Source of the DNA: Bacillota bacterium
Lineage (GTDB): Bacteria > Bacillota_I > Bacilli_A > Izemoplasmatales > Hujiaoplasmataceae
Direction: 5' to 3'
DNA: 64,000 nucleotides
Assembly: GCA_018816905.1 (NCBI GenBank)
Contig: JAHIVB010000013.1
Coordinates: 108,880 to 172,879 of the forward strand
Shown here in pieces: positions 18,212 through 27,708 of the stretch (positions are counted from its first letter, which is position 1; each line of letters opens with the position of its first letter). Made by a program: the position numbers and the translations under genes. A model generated the notes under the pieces. It was not told the DNA's origin. It saw only the letters and a program-made list of their open reading frames with translations, and searched no databases.

Positions 18212-19281
18212 TACCTTTTGATGTAGTTTGAATGGAGCTTGTTGATGGTTTCGATTCTGTTCTTTGCGAATACTTTTGCAGCGGCGTGGGTCGAGATGTT
18301 TTCTTCTTTGGCAATTCGGTAGATATCTAGTAAACGATCATAGATTTTTTCAATGTCTCTGACGGCTTTATCTTTGATGTATGTCTGCAATTCATGATAT
18401 ACATTGATAAGTCCACCAGCATTGATGACAAAGTCAGGCGCGTATAAAATACCTTTTTCTTTAATCATCATTCCGTGTTTCTCTTCATCCATTAAAACGT
18501 TATTTGCGGATCCTGCGATGATTTTAGCTCTGATTTGAGGGATGGTTTCATCATTTAACTGTGCCCCGAGTGCACAAGGACTGAATACATCAACATTTAA
18601 TCCAAAGATTTGATCAGGTTCCACGTACTCAACCATCGGCAGTTCTTTTTGCATTCTCTTGATGTGAGAAGGGTTGATTTCAGTAAAATATACTTTTTTT
18701 GCTTTTGCTTCTATTAAATATTTAACAAGATAATACCCCGTTTGACCAGCACCTTGAACAGCGAAACTGTATTTAGAAATATCGTCGTCTCCAAATGTCT
18801 CATGTAGAGAGGCACGAATACCATGAAATACGCCAAGTGCGGTTAATGGAGAAGGATTTCCACTCTTCCCTTCCAAACCCACAACATAATCTGTTTCCAT
18901 ATGGACATAATCCATGTCTTTCGTTGAGGTGTTGACGTCTTCCGCTGTGATGTATCTTCCGTTTAAACTTTGAACGTAACGACCTAGTGCTCTAAAATAG
19001 GCTTCACTTTTCACTTTTGAAGCGTCGCCGATTAATACTGTTTTCCCGCCTCCTAAATTCAATCCTGCTGCTGCTGCTTTGTATGTCATGCCACGAGCTA
19101 ATCGGAGTGCATCTAGAACTGCGTCGTCTTCAGAATCATAATTCCAAAGTCTTGTTCCGCCAAGCGCAGGTCCCAGTGTAGTATTGTGTATGCAAGTTAC
19201 TCCTTTCAGTCCAGTTGTTTTGTCATAAAAATAAACAATTTGTTCATAGCCATGCTTTTCCATGTAGTCAAACTTATTCAT
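18211..19281 (-). CDS. leucine (branched-chain amino acid) dehydrogenase
   Basis: Glu/Leu/Phe/Val dehydrogenase signature GLKGVTCIHNTTLGPALGGTRLW. 356 aa. Preceded by RBS GGAGGAAAATAA. Confidence 0.9.
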   Translation of the reverse strand: MNKFDYMEKHGYEQIVYFYDKTTGLKGVTCIHNTTLGPALGGTRLWNYDSEDDAVLDALRLARGMTYKAAAAGLNLGGGKTVLIGDASKVKSEAYFRALGRYVQSLNGRYITAEDVNTSTKDMDYVHMETDYVVGLEGKSGNPSPLTALGVFHGIRASLHETFGDDDISKYSFAVQGAGQTGYYLVKYLIEAKAKKVYFTEINPSHIKRMQKELPMVEYVEPDQIFGLNVDVFSPCALGAQLNDETIPQIRAKIIAGSANNVLMDEEKHGMMIKEKGILYAPDFVINAGGLINVYHELQTYIKDKAVRDIEKIYDRLLDIYRIAKEENISTHAAAKVFAKNRIETINKLHSNYIKR

Positions 19282-19320
19282 TTATTTTCCTCCGTTTTCT
19301 TCGGTTTCCGATTTTATTTT

Positions 19321-19334
19321 CGAAAACGCTTACA
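19321..19334 (-). promoter_or_regulatory. candidate CcpA cre site TGTAAGCGTTTTCG overlapping transcription start of ldh operon
   Basis: Matches 13 of 14 positions of TGWAANCGNTNWCA. It lies immediately downstream of the extended -10 TGTTATAAT (19340-19348). Confidence 0.45.
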
Positions 19335-19339
19335 CAAAT

Positions 19340-19348
19340 ATTATAACA
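19340..19348 (-). promoter_or_regulatory. extended -10 promoter element (TGTTATAAT) of ldh-vor-ptb-buk operon
   Basis: Minus-strand GGTGTTATAAT lies about 55 nt upstream of the ldh ATG. Confidence 0.55.
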
Positions 19349-19398
19349 CCTGACGCTTGAAAATAAAAGAAAAATCTCTTGATAATTGATAAAATAAA

Positions 19399-19430
19399 AA
19401 AGGTCATCCATCTTGAGATTTAGACCTTTT
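19399..19430 (-). terminator. intrinsic terminator after proline-cluster last gene
   Basis: AAAGGTC-17nt-GACCTTT hairpin followed by TTTTATTTT on the minus strand. Confidence 0.6.
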
Positions 19431-19467
19431 TACGCTTTATCACATTAAAATGATATCTACCAAAAAG

Positions 19468-20481
19468 TTAGGCTTTCTTTTTGTATGAAATACCCTTCAA
19501 AGGAATTCTGAATCGACAGAGCTTGCCACCTTCCAAAACGTTTTCGAGGGATTCTACTTTTAGTTTTTGATCGAGAATGACTTCAAATGGAAATTTAGCA
19601 AACCCACCTGAACAGTAACACCAAATCGGTGAAATGTCATGACTTTCTTGTAATACCGCTTCTCTTGCAAATGCACAGTGACATGCGTAGTAATGCATTT
19701 CTTTATCAGTGGTTGCTGATAAATATTTTTCTGTGTCATAAGGTATTTTAGTAATGTAAAGGAAATCGTCACGAATGACTCCGGATAAAACTTCTGGATT
19801 CTTTGATACAAAATCAATGACTTCATCAGTAATCGCTTGTTCAAACCAGACTTTACCTGCTTCTTTGTATTTAATCAATTCTTCCACTTTTCTACGGTGT
19901 AGACCTTCTAAATATTCTTCAAAAGAATTTGAGTTTTCGTATTCAACTTTCTCCGGTAGCATCGCTTCTTTCGACATTCCATGATTGTTTCCGGCTAATA
20001 CTTTTTTCACTTCTTCTTCAGGTAAGGCAGCATGCAGTCTTCTCATAAATTCTGCTGTAAACAAAGGAATTTGTTTCGGGCTCATTCCTAGACTTGGGAT
20101 ATCAAGATCTTTTGTGACCAATTCTAAAATCTCTTGTCCATGCAGTTGTTTGAGTTTTAATAGAATATTATCGACGACATCGAGTATTCCGGTATATTTT
20201 GTTAGTTCAATGAAGCAGTCGTTCTTTTTCAGTATCCTCATATATCGCATTAAAACGATGAATTCATCCAAAGAAGATCTTTTTTCGCTGTAGAGAAAAG
20301 CAATGAAATCATTGATGTCATCGGTCGTCATTTCGGATACAGAAGGCACTTTGTGCTTCAGACCCATAAAATTCCAAAATTCAATAATCAGTGCTTTTGC
20401 GAACTGAAATTCTTTTGTTCCTAAATTGTTTGATAAATATAAATGTTCTAGCTTTTCTAGAACCATTAAATCTTCTTTCAT
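19468..20481 (-). CDS. hypothetical protein with C-terminal Cys-rich motif (CHC...WCYCSGG...C)
   Basis: 337 aa with no recognisable family. Likely translationally coupled, with its start 3 nt after the P5C dehydrogenase stop. Confidence 0.55.
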   Translation of the reverse strand: MKEDLMVLEKLEHLYLSNNLGTKEFQFAKALIIEFWNFMGLKHKVPSVSEMTTDDINDFIAFLYSEKRSSLDEFIVLMRYMRILKKNDCFIELTKYTGILDVVDNILLKLKQLHGQEILELVTKDLDIPSLGMSPKQIPLFTAEFMRRLHAALPEEEVKKVLAGNNHGMSKEAMLPEKVEYENSNSFEEYLEGLHRRKVEELIKYKEAGKVWFEQAITDEVIDFVSKNPEVLSGVIRDDFLYITKIPYDTEKYLSATTDKEMHYYACHCAFAREAVLQESHDISPIWCYCSGGFAKFPFEVILDQKLKVESLENVLEGGKLCRFRIPLKGISYKKKA

Positions 20482-20484
20482 AAT

Positions 20485-22041
20485 TTATAAGGCTTCACTG
20501 ACGGATTTGCCTTGCATATGAAGAACTAAGTAATCGGGTCCTCCCGCCTTTGAATCGGTTCCACTCATGTTGAATCCGCCAAAGGGTTGATAACCTACGA
20601 TTGCGCCAGTGCACTTTCTATTAAGATAGAGGTTCCCAACATGAAAGTCTTCTCTAGCTTTTTCAAGGTGGAAACGGTCATTTGAAATGATTGCTCCTGT
20701 AAGTCCGAATTGGGTATTATTAACAACGTCCAATCCCTCTTCAAATGAAGTTACTTTTGTGACTGAAAGCACAGGTCCAAAGATTTCTTCCTGCATCATT
20801 CTTGAAGATGGATCTAAATCAGTAAATACGGTTGGCTCGATGAACCATCCGGTTTCATCATGGGCGTTGCCACCGACTAAAAGCTTCCCTTCTTGCTTTC
20901 CAATTTCAATATATCCAAGTATGGACCGATAGGCTAAATGATCGTTGACAGGTCCCATGTTATTGATGAAAGAACGAGGGTCACCCATAGAAATCTTTTC
21001 CGTTAGCTCTTTGATGTATTTTATCACATCGTCGTAAACATTCTCATGAATGATTGCTCTGGAACAAGCACTGCATTTTTGACCACTGAACCCAAAAGCA
21101 CTTTTCACGATTGCATCAGCTGCCATAAATGGATCTATTCCATCATCAACCAAGATTGCGTCTTTACCGCCCATTTCAGCTATGACTCTTTTGAGCCATA
21201 TTTGACCAGGCTGCACTTTTGCTGCATTCTCGTAGATTGCCTGCCCAACTTCTTTTGATCCAGTGAAAGAGACAAATCTGGTCTTTGGATGTTTGACGAC
21301 GTAATCACCTATTTCAGAACCTCTTCCAGGCATGAAATTGACGACCCCATTGGGAAGCCCCGCTTCCTGCAGAAGTTCAACAAATTTATATGCAATGACT
21401 TGTGTTGTCATCGCCGGTTTTAATAATACTGTATTTCCACAGACAATGGCGGCTGATGTCATTCCCGTCAAAATAGCCAGAGGAAAATTCCATGGAGTGA
21501 TTATCGCCCCTACTCCAAGCGGGATATAAAAGTATTCATTTCTTTCAAGGTTTGGTCTGCTTAGAACAACATCGTCAATCCGGGATAAAGATAGCATTTG
21601 TCTTCCATAGTATTCCAAAAAGTCAATTGCTTCTGCTGTATCCGCATCCGCTTCTGCCCATGGCTTCCCAGCTTCAATCGTCATCAGAGCACTGAATTCA
21701 AATTTCCTTCTCCTTAGAATATTAGCCGCTTTGAATAAAACGTCGCTACGAATTTTGGGATTCACTTTCTTCCAAGTCTTGAAAGCTTCCAAGGCAGAAT
21801 TCATCGCGAGGTTTGCCTCATCTAATCCTGCTTGAGAAATTCTTCCAACGATTTGATCTTTCTTGGCAGGGTTCACTGAAGTATACATTTTGTCAGTAAA
21901 AATCAACTTTCCGTTGATAATCAAAGGATAATCTTTTCCTAGAGATGCTTCTACTTTGTTTAGTGCTTCAGTGTATAACTTTCTGTTGTGTTCTAGTCCA
22001 AAATCTGTTAATGGTTCTGTTACGTAAGGATAAATTGCCAT
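20485..22041 (-). CDS. rocA: 1-pyrroline-5-carboxylate (L-glutamate gamma-semialdehyde) dehydrogenase
   Basis: 518 aa ALDH. The N-terminus ([27 protein letters not shown]) is typical of RocA/PruA-type enzymes. Confidence 0.85.
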   Translation of the reverse strand: MAIYPYVTEPLTDFGLEHNRKLYTEALNKVEASLGKDYPLIINGKLIFTDKMYTSVNPAKKDQIVGRISQAGLDEANLAMNSALEAFKTWKKVNPKIRSDVLFKAANILRRRKFEFSALMTIEAGKPWAEADADTAEAIDFLEYYGRQMLSLSRIDDVVLSRPNLERNEYFYIPLGVGAIITPWNFPLAILTGMTSAAIVCGNTVLLKPAMTTQVIAYKFVELLQEAGLPNGVVNFMPGRGSEIGDYVVKHPKTRFVSFTGSKEVGQAIYENAAKVQPGQIWLKRVIAEMGGKDAILVDDGIDPFMAADAIVKSAFGFSGQKCSACSRAIIHENVYDDVIKYIKELTEKISMGDPRSFINNMGPVNDHLAYRSILGYIEIGKQEGKLLVGGNAHDETGWFIEPTVFTDLDPSSRMMQEEIFGPVLSVTKVTSFEEGLDVVNNTQFGLTGAIISNDRFHLEKAREDFHVGNLYLNRKCTGAIVGYQPFGGFNMSGTDSKAGGPDYLVLHMQGKSVSEAL

Positions 22042-22068
22042 AATAAATCATTCCTTTCATTTATTAAT

Positions 22069-23214
22069 TTATACGACCGATTGCTCGACTGCATTTAATT
22101 CTTTTTCACTGAATCGATTCAGTTTAAATAGATCTGGAGAAATCTCATTCTTCCGATTTAAAATCATATTGGAAATGATTTCACCTGTCATTGGTGAAAA
22201 CATGAATCCATGTCCAGAAAAACCACAAGCAATGTAAAATCCCTTTAAATTCTCAGCCTCGGCAATAATCGGTTGCTTATCAGGAGAAACATTATAAGAC
22301 CCACCCCATTGACGTATGACTCGCAATTCTCCGATTTTAGGTGCGATGTGACAAATCGTTTTTGCCATTTCATCAAGAAAAGACCAACTGGATGAAATGT
22401 CATGCGAATGCACTTGGTTAGGGGTAGACCTACCCATCAAAAAACTACCATGAGGTACTTGCTGGCAATAAAAATTTTGTGTGAAAGACATCAGCATCGG
22501 TCCTTGGATTTTCTCAATCGGTTCGGTCACGAGAATCTCATGATTTTCAGAGAAAACCGGAATGTCGATTCCAACCATATCACCTATTTCTTTCGCAAAT
22601 CCGCCGGCTGCATTAACGACCACCGAAGTATCGATTTCATGTTTATCAGTGATTACTTTTGTGATTTTGTTGTTTTCAACTATAATCTCTTTCACTTCTT
22701 CGAAAAAGAAGAATTGAACACCTAATCGCTTCGCTGCCAAATAGAATGCTTCTGTCATTTTGAAAGGATTTAAATGTCCGTCGGTTTGGCAGAAAGTGGC
22801 ACCTACAAAAGCGGATGTATTTAAATAAGGTACGATTTTCAATGATTCTTCAACCGAAAGAAGTTTTGCAGGTATTCCAAGACTGTTCTGTAATTTAACA
22901 TTCTTTGAAAAACGATCCAATTCCGGTTTGTCTGTAGCTAGAATCAAATATCCTTCTTGTTTAAATTCAATATCTCCTTCATACTCGAGTTCTTCTTTTG
23001 CGGTTTCAAAAAACTCGATGCTTTTCTTAGCCAATATACAATTGGCTTCTGTTCCCCATTGTTGACGTATTCCTGCGCCACATCGTCCCGTTGCACCGCT
23101 TGTCAAATAAGACTTGTCCACAACAACGATGTTTTTCATTCCTTTTTTTGCCAAATGATATGCAATGCTACAACCTGAGATGCCTGCTCCGATGATGACT
23201 TGATTAGCTTTCAT
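22069..23214 (-). CDS. FAD-dependent oxidoreductase (DAO family; sarcosine-oxidase-beta/HcnC/OoxB-like)
   Basis: GAGISG dinucleotide-binding motif at the N-terminus; 381 aa. Confidence 0.8.
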   Translation of the reverse strand: MKANQVIIGAGISGCSIAYHLAKKGMKNIVVVDKSYLTSGATGRCGAGIRQQWGTEANCILAKKSIEFFETAKEELEYEGDIEFKQEGYLILATDKPELDRFSKNVKLQNSLGIPAKLLSVEESLKIVPYLNTSAFVGATFCQTDGHLNPFKMTEAFYLAAKRLGVQFFFFEEVKEIIVENNKITKVITDKHEIDTSVVVNAAGGFAKEIGDMVGIDIPVFSENHEILVTEPIEKIQGPMLMSFTQNFYCQQVPHGSFLMGRSTPNQVHSHDISSSWSFLDEMAKTICHIAPKIGELRVIRQWGGSYNVSPDKQPIIAEAENLKGFYIACGFSGHGFMFSPMTGEIISNMILNRKNEISPDLFKLNRFSEKELNAVEQSVV

Positions 23215-23485
23215 CTATTGCACCATCCTTGATTGCTCTTAATTCAACCCCAATAATCAGAGGTCTTGTTTTCTGAATCGGAACATCTTTCATTGCTTTG
23301 TGAGTGAATTTCGCTATTTCTCTTTGAATCAAGGCAGAACATGTTTGCCCTTGGCATGGCCCCATTCCAACTCTTAATTGCCTTTTCAAATCTTCAAAAT
23401 TAGTATATCCTTCTTCAAGACATCGCTTGACATCTGCGAGTGTGACGTCTTCACATCTGCAAATGATGATTTTGTCATCTCTCAT
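23204..23485 (-). CDS. BFD-like [2Fe-2S]-binding small subunit
   Basis: CRCE...C.GQTC pattern in 93 aa. Overlaps the neighbouring genes. Confidence 0.7.
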   Translation of the reverse strand: MRDDKIIICRCEDVTLADVKRCLEEGYTNFEDLKRQLRVGMGPCQGQTCSALIQREIAKFTHKAMKDVPIQKTRPLIIGVELRAIKDGAIDES

Positions 23486-23960
23486 CTGGGCACCCTATCG
23501 TAATGAAATCATAAAGATATTCTTTACTTACTTCTACTGTAATCAGTTTCGTTTTTTCCTGTTTTCGACTATCAAGAACAGAAAGAATCTTTCCTTTAGA
23601 AATGATGTTTCCTTCACGGTTCAGTGCGTTCCAATTTTCATCTTTTTTTGGTGACGGTAAGAACTCATAAGGAATTTTGAAAATTGCTTTGTCATTCAAG
23701 ATACTAGCAACAATAATTGCTAGACCAGGACACTTTGTAACACATATTCCACACCCCGTACATAATGAAGTATCGACGATGGGTCTCGTATTGATGTCTA
23801 CACCAATCTTGATTGCATCAAAAGGGCAAGATGTTTCACATGGGTTGCATGGGATTTCTTGGTAACACTCAATGATGGCTTTTGGCTTCACTAATATCGA
23901 AGATTCAGGAAAACAAGAGATTACTTGTTCCTTCGAAGGAACACCGTTTTTTTCTAACAT
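23475..23960 (-). CDS. 4Fe-4S dicluster ferredoxin-domain subunit
   Basis: CNPCETSCP and CTGCGICVTKCP motifs; 161 aa. Confidence 0.7.
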   Translation of the reverse strand: MLEKNGVPSKEQVISCFPESSILVKPKAIIECYQEIPCNPCETSCPFDAIKIGVDINTRPIVDTSLCTGCGICVTKCPGLAIIVASILNDKAIFKIPYEFLPSPKKDENWNALNREGNIISKGKILSVLDSRKQEKTKLITVEVSKEYLYDFITIGCPDER

Positions 23961-25045
23961 TGTCCTTCCTCCTTCATTTGAAGAAGACCTTCTCTGGTTT
24001 TCTTACCAAAAGGACCGCTTCTTAATCCTTCTAGTTGAGATATCAAATCTTGATGAATGGATTCGTCATTATCAATCGTTCCTAACAATCTTCTTGCGGC
24101 AAAAAGACCTGTCAGTCGTCCTTCAACCATGGCTGAACTCGCCTCTTCCACACCGGAGAGATCTCCACAAGCAAAGATGTTATCTACGGATGTTTCATGA
24201 CATTCAGAAACCTTAGGAACCCATCCTCCTAGTTCAGGAATAAACAGGATTCTAGCTCCAACCATCGACAGTAATTGATGCATTGGAGAAAGTCCAACTG
24301 AAACGCATACAGCATCGACTTCAACGGTTTCTTCCGTTCCAGGAATAGGATTCCAGGAATCATCTAAATCTGCGATGACGATACTCTCTACACAAGCACT
24401 GCCGTTCGCTTTTAATATGGATTTTGATGTATGGATTGGAACACCAAGTCTTCTCAATTTAGAGGCATGAACCAAATACCCGCCAATCAGAGGGGCCGCT
24501 TCAAGTACGCTCACGACTTTCACGCCTGCTTGCATCAACTGGTATGATACAATCAGTCCAATGTTTCCAGATCCAACCATAACTATTTTATTTCCTGGCA
24601 AAACACCATATTGATTCATCAGTGTTTGAACTGCCCCTGCACCATAGATGCCAGGTAAATCATTGTTTTCAAAAGCGATGAATTTTTCGCTTGCGCCTGT
24701 AGCAACCACGATGACTTCTGATTTAATTTTATAATATCGACCGTTTTGAACGATCGTGCATACTTTGTCAGGATATAATCCTGTGACAGTAGCATCGAGA
24801 ACGACCTCGATCAAATCTTTATATTTTTCATATTCTTGAATTAGTAATTCCGCTATCTTGAATCCACGAACACTTGCATATTGTTTTTCAGAACCAAAAA
24901 ACTTATGGGTTTGTTTTACGAGTTGTCCGCCAAGTGAATGACTACGCTCGACGATCGTAACGGATTGTCCGAGACTAGCAGCTTGAATCGCACAGGAAAG
25001 CCCTGCAGGACCTCCCCCAATGATGAGCATAGGTGTCTTTTTCAT
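23954..25045 (-). CDS. NAD(P)/FAD-binding pyridine-nucleotide-disulfide-type oxidoreductase (sarcosine-oxidase-alpha/HcnB/OoxA-like)
   Basis: N-terminal GGGPAG motif and a second Rossmann motif GSGNIG; 363 aa. Confidence 0.8.
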   Translation of the reverse strand: MKKTPMLIIGGGPAGLSCAIQAASLGQSVTIVERSHSLGGQLVKQTHKFFGSEKQYASVRGFKIAELLIQEYEKYKDLIEVVLDATVTGLYPDKVCTIVQNGRYYKIKSEVIVVATGASEKFIAFENNDLPGIYGAGAVQTLMNQYGVLPGNKIVMVGSGNIGLIVSYQLMQAGVKVVSVLEAAPLIGGYLVHASKLRRLGVPIHTSKSILKANGSACVESIVIADLDDSWNPIPGTEETVEVDAVCVSVGLSPMHQLLSMVGARILFIPELGGWVPKVSECHETSVDNIFACGDLSGVEEASSAMVEGRLTGLFAARRLLGTIDNDESIHQDLISQLEGLRSGPFGKKTREGLLQMKEEGQC

Positions 25046-25347
25046 ATAAGTTCACCTTTTCCGGGTTGACTAAACACTCTCATTCCTTGTTCAATTTTTG
25101 TCATGCAAGTTCTGACATTTGGAACATCATTGACGGTCATATTACATGAACCGCAGTTCCCAATTGCACAATAAAATCCTCGACTCCTTTTATAGTGAAT
25201 GCTTTTGCTTAACTCCTTGATTCCAAGTGCATGCAATGCGCTTGCAATCGTGTCGCCTTCTCTACCAAGGACTTCTTTTCCGTTATAGAAGAAAGCAATT
25301 TCTTGATGATTCGAAAACTCTAGTATTGGATGTTTTTCAATCCTCAT
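25042..25347 (-). CDS. [2Fe-2S]-binding subunit (sarcosine-oxidase-alpha N-terminal-like)
   Basis: C.IGNCGSC...C pattern; 101 aa. This is the first gene of the cluster. Confidence 0.7.
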   Translation of the reverse strand: MRIEKHPILEFSNHQEIAFFYNGKEVLGREGDTIASALHALGIKELSKSIHYKRSRGFYCAIGNCGSCNMTVNDVPNVRTCMTKIEQGMRVFSQPGKGELI

Positions 25348-25379
25348 GTTCTCACCACTTTCACAACTACTATGATATC

Positions 25380-25393
25380 ATAAAGCGCTTACA
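25380..25393 (-). promoter_or_regulatory. candidate cre site TGTAAGCGCTTTAT upstream of proline-catabolic cluster
   Basis: Matches 12 of 14 positions of the cre consensus. It shares the core TTGTGTAAGCG with the ldh site and lies about 35-50 nt upstream of the first ATG. Confidence 0.4.
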
Positions 25394-25458
25394 CAATAAA
25401 CCCCCAATTTATGAAAAAAGGACCGAAGTCCTTTCATTCATTTTCATTCAATTATCTT

Positions 25459-26262
25459 TTAAACAGTAAATTCTCTTTTTTGAAAACGCCAGTACGCTGC
25501 GACAGTTAACAAAATTGATAATCCAGTAAAAACTACAAAACTAATCCACTCAAAATCGGCACCCAGTTTCAAGATGTCAACTGGATTAGCAAAAGTGAAA
25601 GGTGTCACATGTTTTAATAACTCTAGTGTTTCGTTATTGGTTACAGAAGAGATAACGCTAATGATGTAAAACACAAACGGGAAGGCGATAGCCCCCATAC
25701 TTTTCTGAGTTGGTTTCATGAAAACAACTAAAACAAACCCAAGAATCGCAAGCATTAAAAACATGATTGTGTTATAGACATTGAACAGTAAAAAGTCTCC
25801 TCCGTCATAACTTTCTCCAATGACTAAAAACGACAGTATGCTCATGAAGTAGACAACGATAGAAAATACTAAGACATTGACGATAACTTTAACAAGTTTG
25901 GTCGTTAAAATCGCTGTTCTTGAATAAGGAAGCTGATAGATACATTCAACTGTTTTTTCCTTGTCATCTCGGTTCAGGGCATTATATCCTTCCAGTGCTG
26001 CAAATATCCCACCAAACAATTGAAGCATCATGACGCCTTCCGTTGCATAGTACTCAACAACATTATGAGGAACACCGCCAAAAGCGTCCAAGAATGCTTG
26101 ATATTCCGCAGGTATTGCACTATAGATGTCAATGACCATTGGATAGAGAACAATAACGAAAACCATCGTCAGTCCAATGCTCAAGGACCAAGTGATTAGG
26201 CTCTTTAAACTACGAGTAAACTCAAGTTTGAACAATCGGCTAGAGAACATCATTGGTTGCAC
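25459..26262 (-). CDS. ABC-2 type transporter permease
   Basis: 267 aa with about 6 TM helices. Its start overlaps the ATPase gene stop. Confidence 0.7.
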   Translation of the reverse strand: MQPMMFSSRLFKLEFTRSLKSLITWSLSIGLTMVFVIVLYPMVIDIYSAIPAEYQAFLDAFGGVPHNVVEYYATEGVMMLQLFGGIFAALEGYNALNRDDKEKTVECIYQLPYSRTAILTTKLVKVIVNVLVFSIVVYFMSILSFLVIGESYDGGDFLLFNVYNTIMFLMLAILGFVLVVFMKPTQKSMGAIAFPFVFYIISVISSVTNNETLELLKHVTPFTFANPVDILKLGADFEWISFVVFTGLSILLTVAAYWRFQKREFTV

Positions 26263-27127
26263 CTTCTTTCTGATAATATTGAATAAAGATTTCTTCTAAA
26301 GAAGCATCTCTAATATTACATTTTTCAAAGGTTTGACCTGACAGACGTTTGAGAAGAGAATTAATGTCTCCGATATATGAATAGTGTGATAACCCGTCTT
26401 CTTCTTTCAAAAAGGTCATCCCATCCGGAAGTTCTCCTTCTAAACTTGGGAACAGGGATACTTTCTTGTTTTCGAGTTGAGCGATGTCATTCATCTCGAA
26501 AACTTGGTAGATGATGCCGTCTCGTATTAACGCGACTCGATCACAGACTTTTTCAACTTCCGATAAAATGTGACTGGATAAAAATACTGTGACTCCCTTT
26601 TTTTTCTCCTCGACTAGTAAATCAAGGAATATTTGTTGCATCAAAGGATCTAGTCCGGTTGTGGGTTCATCCAAAATCAATAATTTTGGGTTATGTAAAA
26701 GCGCGACGACAATTCCGACTTTCTTCTTGTTTCCAAAAGAAAGTTGGTCCATCGTTTTGTTCATATCGATATCAAATCTTTTTACAAGTTCAACTATTCT
26801 TGAATCATCTACTTTTCTCATCTCTTGAAAGAATCGAAAAACGTCTTTTACCTTCATCTCCGGAAAGAAAAAAGCTTCACTTGGAAGATACCCAATCTGA
26901 CGGTTTAGTAGGACGCTTGCTTTTGTCACATCCTGGTCGAATATTTTGGCTTCTCCTGAGGTAGAATGAATCAATCCAAGTAATATTCTAGTGAGTGTCG
27001 TTTTTCCAGAACCGTTGGGACCAACAAATCCATAAATTTCTCCCTCTTTGACGTCCAATGATGCATTTTCCAGCCCTCTGGTCTTTCCGTAATATTTTTT
27101 TAGTGAGGTAATTGAAATTGCGTACAA
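26240..27127 (-). CDS. ABC transporter ATP-binding protein
   Basis: Walker A motif GPNGSGKTT, signature LSFGNKKK and Walker B ILDEP. The start is probably TTG at 27127 (RBS AAGGAAGGAG 8 nt upstream) rather than the track's GTG at 27136. Confidence 0.8.
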   Translation of the reverse strand: MYAISITSLKKYYGKTRGLENASLDVKEGEIYGFVGPNGSGKTTLTRILLGLIHSTSGEAKIFDQDVTKASVLLNRQIGYLPSEAFFFPEMKVKDVFRFFQEMRKVDDSRIVELVKRFDIDMNKTMDQLSFGNKKKVGIVVALLHNPKLLILDEPTTGLDPLMQQIFLDLLVEEKKKGVTVFLSSHILSEVEKVCDRVALIRDGIIYQVFEMNDIAQLENKKVSLFPSLEGELPDGMTFLKEEDGLSHYSYIGDINSLLKRLSGQTFEKCNIRDASLEEIFIQYYQKEGATNDVL

Positions 27128-27198
27128 TAGTCTCACTCCTTCCTTCGGTGTCTAAATTCATTATATCATTAAATCCGTTTGTTGTTTCAGCGTTTTTT

Positions 27199-27708
27199 TT
27201 ACAGTTCGATCCAATACCTTAAAACATAGTGGTCAATGTCGTATATTTTATTTTCCAGTCTTCCTCCACAAGCCTCAATCGATCTTTTACTTCCAAGGTT
27301 ATCTTCATTACAAGTCATCAATACTGCAGCAAATCCCATTTCTTTCGCTATTTCGAGTGCTTTGGATAGCATTAAATTCGAATATCCTTTTTTTCGTTCA
27401 CTTGGTCTTATGCCTCCGCCAATGTGACCACCAAGTGCAAAAAGTCGATCATTCAGCCTATGACGGATGTTCACACATCCAAGAACTCTCTCCCCTTCGA
27501 TAAGAAAATAAGTGGAAGAAGGAACGTAGTTTTCCGGTCGAGTTTCTTCAAATTCGTCTCTTCGTTTTTCTTCCATCCATTCTTCATATGTCTTGTCAAA
27601 CATTCTTCCTGCGTACGGAATTATTTTTTCGTCATTCCATTCCTCACAAAAATCTAAATAAGCATTTTTTAGTTCAATGGATGGTTTAATTAATTTTATT
27701 TCTTGCAT
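27199..27708 (-). CDS. GNAT-family N-acetyltransferase
   Basis: 169 aa; acetyl-CoA-binding region R.ERKKGY. Confidence 0.7.
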   Translation of the reverse strand: MQEIKLIKPSIELKNAYLDFCEEWNDEKIIPYAGRMFDKTYEEWMEEKRRDEFEETRPENYVPSSTYFLIEGERVLGCVNIRHRLNDRLFALGGHIGGGIRPSERKKGYSNLMLSKALEIAKEMGFAAVLMTCNEDNLGSKRSIEACGGRLENKIYDIDHYVLRYWIEL

